From positions 1-59,132 of the forward strand of contig JBKGZW010000001.1 in the NCBI GenBank assembly GCA_046543225.1: 59,132 nt of DNA. The letters run 5' to 3'. Below are positions 35,591-45,626 of the stretch, one piece after another (positions within the stretch are counted from its first letter, which is position 1; each line of letters starts with the position of its first letter). Origin of the DNA: Acidimicrobiales bacterium. GTDB taxonomy: Bacteria; Actinomycetota; Acidimicrobiia; Acidimicrobiales; SKKL01. The position numbers were made by a program, and so were the translations under genes. The notes under the pieces were generated by a model. That model ran no database searches. It worked only from the letters and a program-made list of their open reading frames with translations, and had not been told where the DNA came from.

Positions 35591-38275
35591 TCAGGCTTCG
35601 CCGTAGAACTCTCGCTCGACGACCACGCGTGCGCGACGGGTGACCCGCAGGTACTCGTCGCGCAGGCGCGTCGGGCTCGTGTCGAGGGAACGAGCCAGGT
35701 GCCGCAGCGCATCGGGGTCGGGCGGCAGCGAGTCGCCCGGCCCGTTGCGGAGCAGGTGCCAGCGGTTGCGCACCCGCTCGCAGAACTCGTAGGACTCGAA
35801 CAGGATCGCCGCATCGTGGGGCGGGAGCACCCCGTCGGCCTCGAGCGCCTCGATGCCGGTCTCGGTCCCATGGGCGCGGACCTGGTGCTGGAGCTGGAGC
35901 AGCTGCACGCACAGCTCGATGTCGGCCAGCGCTCCCCGCCCGAGCTTGAGGTGAAAGCGCGGATCCTCACCGGCGGGGATCCGTTCGTTCTCCATCCGTG
36001 CCTTCACCATCCGGATCTCTCGCAGCTCGTGCTCGCTCACCGCGCTCCCCCACAGGTGCTGGTCGAGCAGGTCCGACCAGGCCTCGGCCACCTCGGGGTC
36101 GCCGGCGACGGGTCGGGCCCTCACCATGGCGAGGCGCTCCCACGGCGCCGACCAGCGCTGCCAGTAGGCGTCGAAGCCCGAGAGGCTGCGGGCCAGCGGC
36201 CCCTGACGCCCCTCGGGCCGGAGGTCGGGGTCGACCTCGTAGAGCCGCTCGGCCGGGGTGGAGCCGCCGACGAAGCGCATCAGTGCCGACGTCACCCGCT
36301 TGGCCTCTTCCTCGTCGTCGGCACCCGACCCTCCGTGGACGAACAGCAGGTCGAGGTCGCTGTGGTAGGCGAGCTCGTGGCCACCGAGGCGTCCGGCGGC
36401 CACGATGGCGAAGGGCACCGCGGCTTCGACCGCCCCCAGGGCGGCCTCGAGCGTGGCCTCGGCGATGGTGGCCAACCGTCGTCCCGATTCGGCCACCGAG
36501 GCGTCGTCGAGGATCTCGGCCACGGCCACGGCCAGGACCTGACGGTCCTTCCAGCGCCGAAGCCCACCTTGGCGGTCGGTCGGCTCGGCCCTCCAGTCGA
36601 TGGTGCGACGGGCCGATTCGGCCAGCTCCGAGCGCTCGGGGGGTGCCTCGCGGCCGATGCGGGGCAGCCGCGCCACCAGATCGGGGTCGTGGCTCACGGT
36701 GTCGCCGAGCCAGCTGCTGGTGCCCAACAGGATGCAGAGCCGCCTGGCCGTCTCGGGGGACTCCCGGAACATGGCGGTGATCCGCGAGCCCCTGGTCCGG
36801 TCGGTGACCAGGGTGCGGAGGCCGAGCAGGCCCTGGTCGGGATCGGGCGAGGTGGAGAGCCAGTCGAGGATCAGCGGCAGCATCTGGGCCATCAGCCGCG
36901 ACGTGCGGTTGAGTCCCGAGGTGAGCTCGCGGACCGCGGCCCTGGTGCGGTTGGCGTCGGTGAAGCCGAACGCGCCCAGGCGCGCCGCGGCGGTGACGGG
37001 GGTGAGCGCACCGGGGACCTCGGCGAAGGCTTCGAGCAGGGGCCGGAAGTAGAGCCGCTCGTGGATGGAGCGCACCGAGGCCCGGTACCGCTTGCGGTCC
37101 TTGTCGAGCTGCTCGCCGGCGGTGGCCTCGGGGCCGCCCCCGTAGCCCAGCACGCGGGCGATGCGGTCCAGTTCGCCCTGGTCGTCGGGCAGTGAGTGCA
37201 CCTGGCGCCCGTCGGCCAGCTGGACCGCGTGCTCGGCCCGCCGCAGGAACCGGTAGGCCTCGTCCAGGCCGCGGGCGTCATCGGCGTCGATGTAGCCGGC
37301 CCGACCGAGCTCGCGGAGGGCGGGAAGCGTGGCCTGGATCCGCAGCGCCGGATCGGCCTGGCCGTGCACGAGCTGGAGGAGCTGCACCGAGAACTCGACG
37401 TCGCGAATGCCGCCCTGACCGAGCTTGAGGTCACGCTCACCTCCGGCCCGGTTGTCGACGGTGGCCTCGGTGCGCGCCTTCATCGCCCGCACCGACCGCA
37501 GGTCGTCGGGGCCGAACGGACGGTGCCAGACGGCGTTGGTGGCCGCCTTCTCGAAGGCGTCGCCGACGCTCGGATCACCAGCGACCACCGATGCCTTCAT
37601 CAGGGCTTGGAACTCCCAGGGCTCGGCCCAGCGGTCCCAGTAGGCGAGGTACGACGCCACCGAGCGCACCAGCGCGCCGTCGCGCCCCTCCGGACGCAGC
37701 GCGGTGTCGACTCGGTAGCAGCGAGCGGCGGTCTCCACGACCCGTCGGGCGGACCTCGCCAGCCGGGTGCCGTCCCCTTCGCCCACGAACATGAGGTCGA
37801 TGTCGCTCGCGTAGTTGAGCTCGTGGGCGCCGAGCTTGCCCATGCCGACCACCGCCAGCCCTTCGGCGCCGACCAGCTCGACGGCGGTGTCGAGCACCCA
37901 TCCCGCCAGATCGGACAGGGAGGCGGTGGTCTCGACCAGGTCGGCTACCCCGAGCAGGTCGCGGGCGGCCAGGTGCAACATGGTGCGGCGTTGCTCCCGC
38001 AACAGGGTCGATGGGTCCGCGGGCAGCGGATCCCACCGATCGGGCGCCTGGTCGATGGCGCCCAGCACCTCGAGCGCGCCCTCGTCGGCGACGAGCAGCT
38101 CGGTCAGCATCCGGCTGGCCCGCACCACTGTGACGAGGGCCACGGCGAGCGACGGGTCAGCTGCGACGCGATCGCGCGAGGTGGGTCGGCCGTCCAGGAT
38201 CCGGTCGATGGCGCCGGTGACCCAGCCCGGGAGCGGGCCCAGGTCGGTGACGGTGTCCGGAAGGTCCACGCCCAC
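35591..38275 (-). CDS. glnE: Bifunctional glutamine synthetase adenylyltransferase / adenylyl-removing enzyme
   Basis: 894 aa with two nucleotidyltransferase halves (GMGKLGAHELNYASDIDLMFV and AAGRLGGHELAYHSDLDLLFV), each followed by a GlnE C-terminal domain (DTALRPEG / DPDLRPEG). Confidence 0.92.
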   Translation of the reverse strand: MGVDLPDTVTDLGPLPGWVTGAIDRILDGRPTSRDRVAADPSLAVALVTVVRASRMLTELLVADEGALEVLGAIDQAPDRWDPLPADPSTLLREQRRTMLHLAARDLLGVADLVETTASLSDLAGWVLDTAVELVGAEGLAVVGMGKLGAHELNYASDIDLMFVGEGDGTRLARSARRVVETAARCYRVDTALRPEGRDGALVRSVASYLAYWDRWAEPWEFQALMKASVVAGDPSVGDAFEKAATNAVWHRPFGPDDLRSVRAMKARTEATVDNRAGGERDLKLGQGGIRDVEFSVQLLQLVHGQADPALRIQATLPALRELGRAGYIDADDARGLDEAYRFLRRAEHAVQLADGRQVHSLPDDQGELDRIARVLGYGGGPEATAGEQLDKDRKRYRASVRSIHERLYFRPLLEAFAEVPGALTPVTAAARLGAFGFTDANRTRAAVRELTSGLNRTSRLMAQMLPLILDWLSTSPDPDQGLLGLRTLVTDRTRGSRITAMFRESPETARRLCILLGTSSWLGDTVSHDPDLVARLPRIGREAPPERSELAESARRTIDWRAEPTDRQGGLRRWKDRQVLAVAVAEILDDASVAESGRRLATIAEATLEAALGAVEAAVPFAIVAAGRLGGHELAYHSDLDLLFVHGGSGADDEEEAKRVTSALMRFVGGSTPAERLYEVDPDLRPEGRQGPLARSLSGFDAYWQRWSAPWERLAMVRARPVAGDPEVAEAWSDLLDQHLWGSAVSEHELREIRMVKARMENERIPAGEDPRFHLKLGRGALADIELCVQLLQLQHQVRAHGTETGIEALEADGVLPPHDAAILFESYEFCERVRNRWHLLRNGPGDSLPPDPDALRHLARSLDTSPTRLRDEYLRVTRRARVVVEREFYGEA

Positions 38276-38323
38276 ACGGTAGGCCCACCTCGCCCGGGGA
38301 GGATCGGCCGGTAGGCTGCGGCG

Positions 38324-40033
38324 GTGACCCGCCTACGCATCGCGGCCTGCCAGATCGACGCCGTCGTCGGTGATCTCGACGGCAACGTCGAGCGCATCCT
38401 CGCCGCGCTGGGCGAGGCCGAGGAGGCCGGCGCCGACCTGGCGGTGTTCCCCGAGCTGGCCATCACCGGCTACCCACCCGACGACCTGTTGCTGAAGCCC
38501 GGCTTCATCGCCGACAACCTGGCCGCACTGGAACGGGTTGCTGGGGCCACGGGCCGGTGCACGGCCGTGGTCGGCTTCGTCGACGCGGGGCGCGACCTGG
38601 CCAACGCGGCCGCGGTGTGCGCCGATGGCCGGGTGATCGGTGTCTACCGCAAACGTCTGCTGCCCAACTACTCGGTCTTCGACGAGCAGCGGTACTTCGT
38701 CGCCCGATCCACCCCGCCGGACCTCTACGAGATCGCCGGGGTGCGGGTGGGGGTGTCCATCTGCGAGGACGGCTGGGCACCGAACGGGGCCATCGGCGAG
38801 GCCGCGGCCGGGGGCGCCGATCTGGTGGTCAACATCAACGCCTCCCCGTTCCACGCCGGCAAGCAGGCCGAGCGCGAGGCCATGTTCGGCACCCGCGCCT
38901 CCGACGCGGCCTGCCCCGTGGTCTATGTGAACATGGTCGGCGGCCAGGACGAGCTGGTCTTCGACGGGGCGTCGTTCGTCGTGGGACCCGACAGCCACCT
39001 GGTGGCCAGGGCCCCGCAGTTCGTCGAGCACACCATGATCGTCGACCTCGAGGTGCTCCCGGCGTTCCGGAACCGGCTCCTCGACGCCCGCGACCGGCCG
39101 AGCGCGCCTCCGTTGCCGGTGGTCGGCATCAGCAGCGAGCGCGTGGGGTACGAGCCGCTCCCGCTGCCCCCGCTCGCGCCCCTGCTCGATCCCGTCGACG
39201 AGACCTATGAGGCCATCGTGGTCGGCACCCGCGACTACGTCCGCAAGAACGGGTTCACCGACGTCGTCGTCGGGCTGTCGGGCGGCATCGACTCCGCTCT
39301 GGTGGCCACGATCGCCGCCGATGCGCTCGGCCCCGAGCACGTGCACGGTCTGCTCATGCCGTCGCGCTACTCGAGCGACCACTCGCTCATCGACGCCAAG
39401 GCTCTCAGCGAGAACCTCGGGATCGAGCATCGGACCATCAGCATCGAGCCCGCCCACGACGCCTTCCTCGACATGCTCGCTCCGTCCTTCGCCGGGCTGG
39501 CCCCCGACGTCACCGAGGAGAACGTGCAGTCCCGCATCCGTGGCGTCACCCTCATGGCCCTGTCGAACAAGTTCGGTTGGATGGTGCTCACGACCGGCAA
39601 CAAGACCGAGAGCGCGGTCGGCTACACCACCCTCTATGGCGACACCGCGGGTGGGTTCGCCGTCATCAAGGACGTGCCCAAGATGATGGTCTACGCGCTC
39701 TGCCGCCGGCGCAACGAGCGGGCCGGGCGCGAGCTGGTCCCCGAGTCGATCCTCACCAAGGCGCCGTCGGCCGAGCTCCGCCCCGACCAGGTCGACCAGC
39801 AGAGCCTGCCGCCCTACCCGCTGCTCGACCAGATCGTCGAGCACTACGTCGAACACGACAACACCGCCGCCGAGATCGTCGCCATGGGGTTCGAGCCGGA
39901 CATGGTCGACCGCATCGTCCGCCTCGTCGACCTCGCCGAGTACAAGCGCCGTCAGAGTCCCCCGGGTGTGCGGGTCACCCGCAAGGCGTTCGGCAAGGAT
40001 CGCCGGCTGCCGATCACCAACCGGTACCGCTGA
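38324..40033 (+). CDS. nadE: Glutamine-dependent NAD+ synthetase
   Basis: 569 aa. The N-terminal nitrilase/CN-hydrolase domain reads LRIAACQIDAVVGDLDGN...VFPELAITGYP...GVSICED. The C-terminal NAD synthetase domain has the P-loop GLSGGIDSALVA. Confidence 0.95.
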   Translation: MTRLRIAACQIDAVVGDLDGNVERILAALGEAEEAGADLAVFPELAITGYPPDDLLLKPGFIADNLAALERVAGATGRCTAVVGFVDAGRDLANAAAVCADGRVIGVYRKRLLPNYSVFDEQRYFVARSTPPDLYEIAGVRVGVSICEDGWAPNGAIGEAAAGGADLVVNINASPFHAGKQAEREAMFGTRASDAACPVVYVNMVGGQDELVFDGASFVVGPDSHLVARAPQFVEHTMIVDLEVLPAFRNRLLDARDRPSAPPLPVVGISSERVGYEPLPLPPLAPLLDPVDETYEAIVVGTRDYVRKNGFTDVVVGLSGGIDSALVATIAADALGPEHVHGLLMPSRYSSDHSLIDAKALSENLGIEHRTISIEPAHDAFLDMLAPSFAGLAPDVTEENVQSRIRGVTLMALSNKFGWMVLTTGNKTESAVGYTTLYGDTAGGFAVIKDVPKMMVYALCRRRNERAGRELVPESILTKAPSAELRPDQVDQQSLPPYPLLDQIVEHYVEHDNTAAEIVAMGFEPDMVDRIVRLVDLAEYKRRQSPPGVRVTRKAFGKDRRLPITNRYR

Positions 40034-40037
40034 GGCC

Positions 40038-41519
40038 TCACCCGGGCGGCAGGTCCTCGATCGCCGCCACGGCGGCGTCGCGTGCCGCGTCCCGGCCCGC
40101 CACGGTGTCGACCGGCGTCGCCTCTGGCCAGGGATCGGCGACCTCCTCCAGTCGTGCGGCGATGGTGGCATCGGCGTCGGAGGCGTCGCCACCACGGTCG
40201 CCTCGCGCTCGTAGCCGGTCGGCGGCCACGTCGGTGGGGGCGACACAGCGCAGCTCCACCAGGTCGGCAGCGGTCGCGTCGGCGACACGGCGGGCCGCGG
40301 CCCGGTGCCGCTCGTCGCTCCAGGAGGCGTCGATGACCACCGTCTCGCCCATGCCGAGGGCGGTGGCGGCTCGGTCTGCCAGCTCCTCGTAGGTCGCCTC
40401 GGTCACGGCCGGCCGGTAGATCCCCTCGCCGAAGGGAGCGGCCGCAGGCTCGTCGGGGGACCGTCCGGCCAGCTGCTTGCGGACCACGTCCGAGCGCAGG
40501 ACGACCGCGCCCAGCGCGTCGTGCAGCCCGGCAGCGAGGGTGGACTTGCCGGTGCCGGGGAGTCCACCGACCAGGACGAGGCGGACCCGGGCGGACTCGA
40601 GGTGGCGGCGGGCGAGGTCGAGCAGCGCGGCGGACTTCTCCGCCGACCCGGCGACGCCCTGGTCGGCCCGGATGGCGGCCACCTTGGCCCGCACCTGGGC
40701 TCGGTAGGCGATGTGGTGGTGGGCCAGCGATGCCGGCCAGGAGTCACCGCTGTGCTCGCGGTAGGCATCGAGGAAGGTGTCGGCGAGGTCGGCGCGGCCG
40801 AGCCGCTCGAGGTCCATGGCCAGGAAGGCCACATCGGCGAGGGCGTCGTCGAGACGCAGCGCGTCGTCGAACTCGAGGCAGTCCAGTACCCGCGGACCGT
40901 CGTCGAGGACGAAGATGTCGTCGGCGAGCAGGTCACCGTGTCCGTCACAGGCGCGCCCGTCGGCGATCCGCTGCTCGAACAGCGGTCTGCGGCCCGAGAG
41001 GTAGCGGTGGGCCAGCGCATCGACGGCGTGGATCTCCTCGGCGGTCACGTAGCGTCCCGCGAACGCCTCCAGGCCGGCGGTGTTGGACGACCACCGGGAG
41101 GCGAGGGCGTCGGGCCCGGCCGCCGCGTCCGCCTCGGGACCACGCTCGGCGGCGGCGTGGAACTCGGCGAGGCGTCGCGCGAGCCGGTCGAGGTCCTCGT
41201 CGAGCTCGACGTCGGTGCCAACCAAGGTGGACAACCGCCGGTCCTCGGGCATGCGCCGCATGACCACCAGGTGGTCCGACAGCTCACCCGAGGGCCCGAC
41301 GACGTCGGCCACCCCCAGGTACACGTCCGGGGAGAGTCGCCGGTTGAGCTCGACCTCGCGGTGGCAGGCGTGGTGGCGGGCCTCGCGGGTCGTGAAGTCG
41401 AGGAAGCCGAGGTCGACCGGCTTCTTGAGCTTGTAGGCCCGGTCGCCGACGAAGAACACGAGTCCCGAGTGGGTCTCGGCCACGCCCGGCGGACCGTCGT
41501 TCACCTCGTCGGTGCCCAT
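40038..41519 (-). CDS. Bifunctional APH-like phosphotransferase / P-loop (AAA-type) kinase protein
   Basis: ATG 41519 within ORF 40038..41579. The N-terminal half is an aminoglycoside-phosphotransferase-like kinase fold (AYKLKKPV...CDGHGDLLADDIF). The C-terminal half has VLVGGLPGTGKSTLA. Confidence 0.75.
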   Translation of the reverse strand: MGTDEVNDGPPGVAETHSGLVFFVGDRAYKLKKPVDLGFLDFTTREARHHACHREVELNRRLSPDVYLGVADVVGPSGELSDHLVVMRRMPEDRRLSTLVGTDVELDEDLDRLARRLAEFHAAAERGPEADAAAGPDALASRWSSNTAGLEAFAGRYVTAEEIHAVDALAHRYLSGRRPLFEQRIADGRACDGHGDLLADDIFVLDDGPRVLDCLEFDDALRLDDALADVAFLAMDLERLGRADLADTFLDAYREHSGDSWPASLAHHHIAYRAQVRAKVAAIRADQGVAGSAEKSAALLDLARRHLESARVRLVLVGGLPGTGKSTLAAGLHDALGAVVLRSDVVRKQLAGRSPDEPAAAPFGEGIYRPAVTEATYEELADRAATALGMGETVVIDASWSDERHRAAARRVADATAADLVELRCVAPTDVAADRLRARGDRGGDASDADATIAARLEEVADPWPEATPVDTVAGRDAARDAAVAAIEDLPPG

Positions 41520-41654
41520 GCCGCCAGCATGCCACTCCCCGTTGCGGTCCCGACACGGGCCGAGGTGGGTCGGATGCACCGTGCCGTCCCATGTCGTACG
41601 CTGTACAGGCGCGCCGCGCCGATCGAGTGTGGCCGGAGGGGAGAAGCAGAACCG

Positions 41655-42317
41655 ATGCCAGAGCCGTCAACACCGCGACCGGCGTTCGCTCCGTGGGACC
41701 GCCGCGAGCTGCCGGGTTCGTTCACCGTCGAGGAGTCGGCGAAGCGGGCAGGCCACTACAAGTGGATCGAGATGAGGCTGTTCGAAGCGCTCGGAGGGTG
41801 GGTGGCCACCGTGCCCGAGCTCGACGTCAAGATGCGCCTCGGCACCCACTGCTACCACCACGCCTGGCACGCCGAGCTGTGGCACAAGCGACTTCCCGAG
41901 CTGCGCGAGATGAACCCCGACCGGCTCACCGAGCCGCCCAACGACGACATGGTCCGCTTCGTCGACGCGCTCACCGAACCCGAGGCTCCCGAGCTCACCC
42001 TCGAGAAGCTCGTCGGCGTCTACCGGGTGCTGATCCCGCACAAGATCGCGGCCTACACCTATCACCTGAACAACACCAGCACGATCACCGACGCGCCCAC
42101 GATCCGGTCGATCAGATTCATCCTGCAGGACGAGTTCGACGACTGGCGCGACGGCGAGATGATGATCCAGTCGCTCATCGCCACGCCCGAGGACGTGCAG
42201 CGGGCGGCCGACCGCCAGCGCGACCTCGAGACCATCATGGTCGCAGCCGGCGGGATCTGCGGCCCCGGAACCATCGGCAGCACCGAGATCGACGACCACC
42301 AGGAGGTGTCGGCATGA
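41655..42317 (+). CDS. Hypothetical helical protein (His-rich helix HCYHHAWHAELWH), first gene of a tricistronic operon
   Basis: ATG 41655 is preceded by GGAGGGGAG. This is the last 220 codons of ORF 40305..42317; the upstream part is antisense to the kinase gene. I recognise no family with confidence. Confidence 0.6.
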   Translation: MPEPSTPRPAFAPWDRRELPGSFTVEESAKRAGHYKWIEMRLFEALGGWVATVPELDVKMRLGTHCYHHAWHAELWHKRLPELREMNPDRLTEPPNDDMVRFVDALTEPEAPELTLEKLVGVYRVLIPHKIAAYTYHLNNTSTITDAPTIRSIRFILQDEFDDWRDGEMMIQSLIATPEDVQRAADRQRDLETIMVAAGGICGPGTIGSTEIDDHQEVSA

Positions 42318-43141
42318 GGAAGAGCTTCCCGCCCGAGGATCTGGCCCGCGACTCCCGCTTCTCGCGGGTCAACCGCATGGAACAGATCTCCGATCCGCGC
42401 GCCGCCAGCGGGGCCTCGCGTGGCCGTCCCAACGCGCGGCTCACCCCCGAGCGGCCCGAGGCCGCCGACGCCGCCCGCAGCCTGATGCACGGCATCTTCG
42501 TCGGCGAGATCCAGGCGCTCGAGGGTGCTGGCCGTACCTGCTGGGACTTCGAGACCGGCAGCGAGGGTGCCCCGTTCGCGCTCAAGCTCGACATGGCCCG
42601 CCAGTGCTGGGACGAGGCCCGCCACTGCGAGATCTCGGTGAAGCTCTCCGAGCACATGGGCACCGAGATCGGCGAGTTCGGCGAGTCGGCGTTCCTCTAC
42701 GAGGCCGCGTGCAACCCCGACCCGGTGCTGCGCCTCACCGGGGTCAACCGGGCGCTGGAGGGCCTCGCCATCGATGTGTTCAACACCATGAAGGAGTTCG
42801 GTGACCTCTCGGGCGACCCGGTGCTCGAGTTCTGCGAGGACTGGATGCTCGCCGACGAGGTGACCCATGTGAAGATGGGGTCGGACTGGTTGCGCAAGCT
42901 CACCGAGTCCGATCCCGAGCGGCGCGCCAACGCCCTCGAGTTCCAGCGCGTGGTCGACAAGCTGTTCAGCTTCGGCGGCTTCCGCGGCGAGGACGACGAG
43001 AGCCCCATCAAGCTGGCCCGTCGCTTCCGCGAGCTCGCCGGGTTCCAGGACGAGGAGATCGACGAGATCGCCGAGGTCTCACTCGAGGCCCGGGCCGAGG
43101 CCAAGGCCATGCGGGCCGGAGCGGGCGCGGGCGCCGAGTGA
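42314..43141 (+). CDS. Ferritin-like di-iron protein (DUF455-like)
   Basis: ATGA overlap with the upstream gene. There are two E-x-x-H helices (CWDEARHCE and LADEVTHVKMG) plus the partner carboxylate-containing helices VGEIQALEGAG and RALEGLAIDV, as in DUF455/MiaE-like four-helix bundles. Confidence 0.68.
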   Translation: MRKSFPPEDLARDSRFSRVNRMEQISDPRAASGASRGRPNARLTPERPEAADAARSLMHGIFVGEIQALEGAGRTCWDFETGSEGAPFALKLDMARQCWDEARHCEISVKLSEHMGTEIGEFGESAFLYEAACNPDPVLRLTGVNRALEGLAIDVFNTMKEFGDLSGDPVLEFCEDWMLADEVTHVKMGSDWLRKLTESDPERRANALEFQRVVDKLFSFGGFRGEDDESPIKLARRFRELAGFQDEEIDEIAEVSLEARAEAKAMRAGAGAGAE

Positions 43142-43698
43142 CCGTGGCCAGCCTCGAGATCACCCCCACCAGCTTCGAGAACGTCTTCTTCGAGGTCGAC
43201 CAGATCGACGCCGTGGCGCGACGGCTCATCGACCAGATCGGTCTGGAGGCCGACGTGCGCATCGAGGTGGACGAGTCCACGCCGCTGGCCAAGGTGCGGC
43301 TCACCTCGCTCGACCCGGTGGTGCTCGCCGTCGAGAGCGGCGCGCTCGAGGACAACCGGCGGCCCCGACAGTTCGGCGACACCCAGGCGGCCGACGCGCT
43401 CGGCCGAGCCCTCCTGAAGGTCGCCGATCGTCTCGATCCGTCCTTCGGGGCACCCCCGCTCGACGAGCAGCCGGCACTGCCGCACGCGGTGGCCTGGGAC
43501 ACCTACGCCGTCGGTCGTCTCACCCGCCTCGGCTACCCTCCCCAACGCCAGCGGCGGGTCTACGCCTTCGAGCTGCGCCACGGGTTCACCGATGCCGCGC
43601 TCGCGGCCTTCGAGCGGCTCTGGACCGCCGAGGCGCTCACCTGGTCCGACATCGTCGCCATCAGCGACGAGACCCGCTCGGTCATCGACGCCGCCTGA
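43138..43698 (+). CDS. Hypothetical protein (186 aa), third gene of the operon
   Basis: GTGA overlap with the DUF455-like gene. Codons are GC3-rich. I recognise no family. Confidence 0.55.
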   Translation: MTVASLEITPTSFENVFFEVDQIDAVARRLIDQIGLEADVRIEVDESTPLAKVRLTSLDPVVLAVESGALEDNRRPRQFGDTQAADALGRALLKVADRLDPSFGAPPLDEQPALPHAVAWDTYAVGRLTRLGYPPQRQRRVYAFELRHGFTDAALAAFERLWTAEALTWSDIVAISDETRSVIDAA

Positions 43699-43772
43699 AC
43701 CCCAGGGGTTCGGTCCGCGGCCCCGGCGGGTAGGTCACCCACCGAGCCCGGAGACGACGTCGAGGAGCAGGG

Positions 43773-45275
43773 ATGGACATCAACGAGTCGAGACCGCATC
43801 GCTGGTCGCTGCTGGCGTTGGTCGTGGTGGTCGGGCTCGGCGTCGCGACGTTCGGAACCACGCCGGCTCCGGTCGCGGCTCAAGAGGAGTCCGACGACCA
43901 GGCGTCGCCCGATTCGATCGAGGCCTTCATCGACGCGGCCTACCAGGGGTTGTTGGGCCGAGCCCCCGATTCGTCGGGCCGCGAGTACTGGCGGTCCGAG
44001 ATCGAGCAGGGGGTGTCACCCCGTCGGGTGCTGGTCGCGCTGGGCGACTCGCTCGAGCATCGACGTCACCTCCTCACCGGGACCTATGACACCTTCCTGC
44101 GCCGCGACCCCGATGCCGGCGGGCTCCAGTGGTGGACCGAGCGCCTCGGCCGCACCCGCTCGGTCACCTCGTTGCGGGCCGACATCCTCGCATCGTCGGA
44201 GTACCGGTCGGTGCAGGGAGACGGGACCGACGCGGGGTTCGTCGACGCCGTCTACCGGGACGTGCTCGGCCGTTCACCCGACGCCACGGGGCGCGCCTAC
44301 TGGACCGACCGGCTGGCAGCCGGCGTGTCCCATCGTCGGGTCGCCCACTCGATCCTGGTGTCCTCGGAGGCCTTCCGGTTCACCGACCTGCCGGTCACCT
44401 CGGTCGATCCCCGTCCCGGTTCGACCGCCTGGGACCTCGAGATCGAGGCGGACCTCGACGCCGCGCTGTTCACCGACGCCTCGACCATCGATGTCAGCGT
44501 CGACGGTCGACGCCTCGAGGGCACGGTCGAGGTCGACGGCGGCACCATCGCCTTCACCCCCGACGCCCGACCCGCCTGGGTGCCGTTCGACTCCACCGCC
44601 GAGGTCGTCGTCACCGTGTTCGGCTACGACGGCCAGATCCTCGACCGCATGGACTACGCGTTCACGTACCACTCGCCGACGGCCGTGTCGTCCTTCACCA
44701 CCCCGCTCGTGCCCGGCCAGTCCCGCAACACCAACATCCAACGGGCCGCCGAGCTCATCAACGGCGACGTGATCGCCCCGGGTGCGACCTACTCGCTCAA
44801 CGAAGCGATCGGTGAGCGAACCAGCGCCCGTGGCTTCGTCGAGAACGGCTTCATCGGCGGGGAGGGCGAGACGGTCAGCACCGTCGGCGGTGGCGTCAGC
44901 CAGGTGTCGACGACGGTCATGAACGCGGCGTGGGAGGCGGGCCTCGACGTCTCGTTCCGGCCCCACACGATCTACTTCCCCCGGTACCCGATGTGCCGGG
45001 AGGCGACCATCGTCTGGGGTCAGCTCGACATGGTGACGGTGAACAACTCGCCCTACGAGATCATCGTGGCCACCTCGGCGTCGGAGTCGGAGGTGACGGT
45101 GACCTTCTACAGCGCGCCGTGGGCCAGCGTCGACTCCTGGATCGGTGAGCCGTTCGACGTCGGTGGCGTGGGTGGACCGTTCACCGTCGAGTGCGGGCGC
45201 ACCATCTCCTACCCGGACGGGACCTCCGACGAGGAGCGCTACACCTGGAGCTACGACGAGGGCTATCCCGGCTGA
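43773..45275 (+). CDS. Secreted DUF4214-repeat / VanW-domain protein
   Basis: The signal/TM segment is WSLLALVVVVGLGVATFG. Three DUF4214-like repeats are present (AAYQGLLGRAPDSSGREYW, TFLRRDPDAGGLQWW, AVYRDVLGRSPDATGRAYW). The VanW-like C-terminus reads PGATYSLNEAIGERTSARGF...GGGVSQVSTTVMNAA. Confidence 0.8.
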   Translation: MDINESRPHRWSLLALVVVVGLGVATFGTTPAPVAAQEESDDQASPDSIEAFIDAAYQGLLGRAPDSSGREYWRSEIEQGVSPRRVLVALGDSLEHRRHLLTGTYDTFLRRDPDAGGLQWWTERLGRTRSVTSLRADILASSEYRSVQGDGTDAGFVDAVYRDVLGRSPDATGRAYWTDRLAAGVSHRRVAHSILVSSEAFRFTDLPVTSVDPRPGSTAWDLEIEADLDAALFTDASTIDVSVDGRRLEGTVEVDGGTIAFTPDARPAWVPFDSTAEVVVTVFGYDGQILDRMDYAFTYHSPTAVSSFTTPLVPGQSRNTNIQRAAELINGDVIAPGATYSLNEAIGERTSARGFVENGFIGGEGETVSTVGGGVSQVSTTVMNAAWEAGLDVSFRPHTIYFPRYPMCREATIVWGQLDMVTVNNSPYEIIVATSASESEVTVTFYSAPWASVDSWIGEPFDVGGVGGPFTVECGRTISYPDGTSDEERYTWSYDEGYPG

Positions 45276-45297
45276 GCCGGGGCGCATGCTGGTGCGG

Positions 45298-45615
45298 TCA
45301 CCCGAAGGGTCCGGGCCGCCACCGCGCGCCGTTCTCGTAGGTGCACACCCATCCCGGAGGCCACCAGTCCCAGCGCGAGACGACGCTGGTGTGCTCGGGC
45401 TCGATCCGGCCATCGGCCTCGAGCTCGTCGGCGTGTTGCAGGCATTCGAACCCCACCGAGTCGGGCCCGTGACCGCCCGCCGCGACGTAGAGCGAGATGG
45501 CGGCGATCGCCATCGCCGCCACGGCCGTCAGGAGGATCTTGGTCCGAGTCCTCGACCGGACCCACAGATCCCGGAGCAGTCCCTCCTCACGGGCTCGGCG
45601 TCGTCGTTCACGCAC
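45298..45615 (-). CDS. Small membrane-anchored hypothetical protein
   Basis: GTG 45615 within ORF 45298..45828. The TM segment is ILLTAVAAMAIAAISLYVAAG, followed by a Trp-rich ectodomain (SRWDWWPPGWVCTYENGARW). It starts 11 nt after the ABM gene stop. The start is uncertain. Confidence 0.35.
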   Translation of the reverse strand: MRERRRRAREEGLLRDLWVRSRTRTKILLTAVAAMAIAAISLYVAAGGHGPDSVGFECLQHADELEADGRIEPEHTSVVSRWDWWPPGWVCTYENGARWRPGPFG

Positions 45616-45626
45616 CGGTCCGGGCG

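Noticed and set aside
34048-38314. ORFs 34048..35970 (-), 35492..37195 (+) and 37196..38314 (+)
   Set aside because: They are shadows of the SLH/GerMN gene and glnE. They have no motifs, and the true genes account for the whole interval.
40031-40040. TGAGGCCTCA palindrome formed by the convergent stop codons of nadE and the kinase gene
   Set aside because: The observation is real but trivial. A 10-nt palindrome with a 4-nt centre is too short to act as a terminator, and it is probably coincidental packing.
40305-41654. N-terminal 450 codons of ORF 40305..42317 (+)
   Set aside because: This part is antisense to the APH/P-loop kinase gene. Only the segment from ATG 41655, which has a strong RBS, reads like a real protein.
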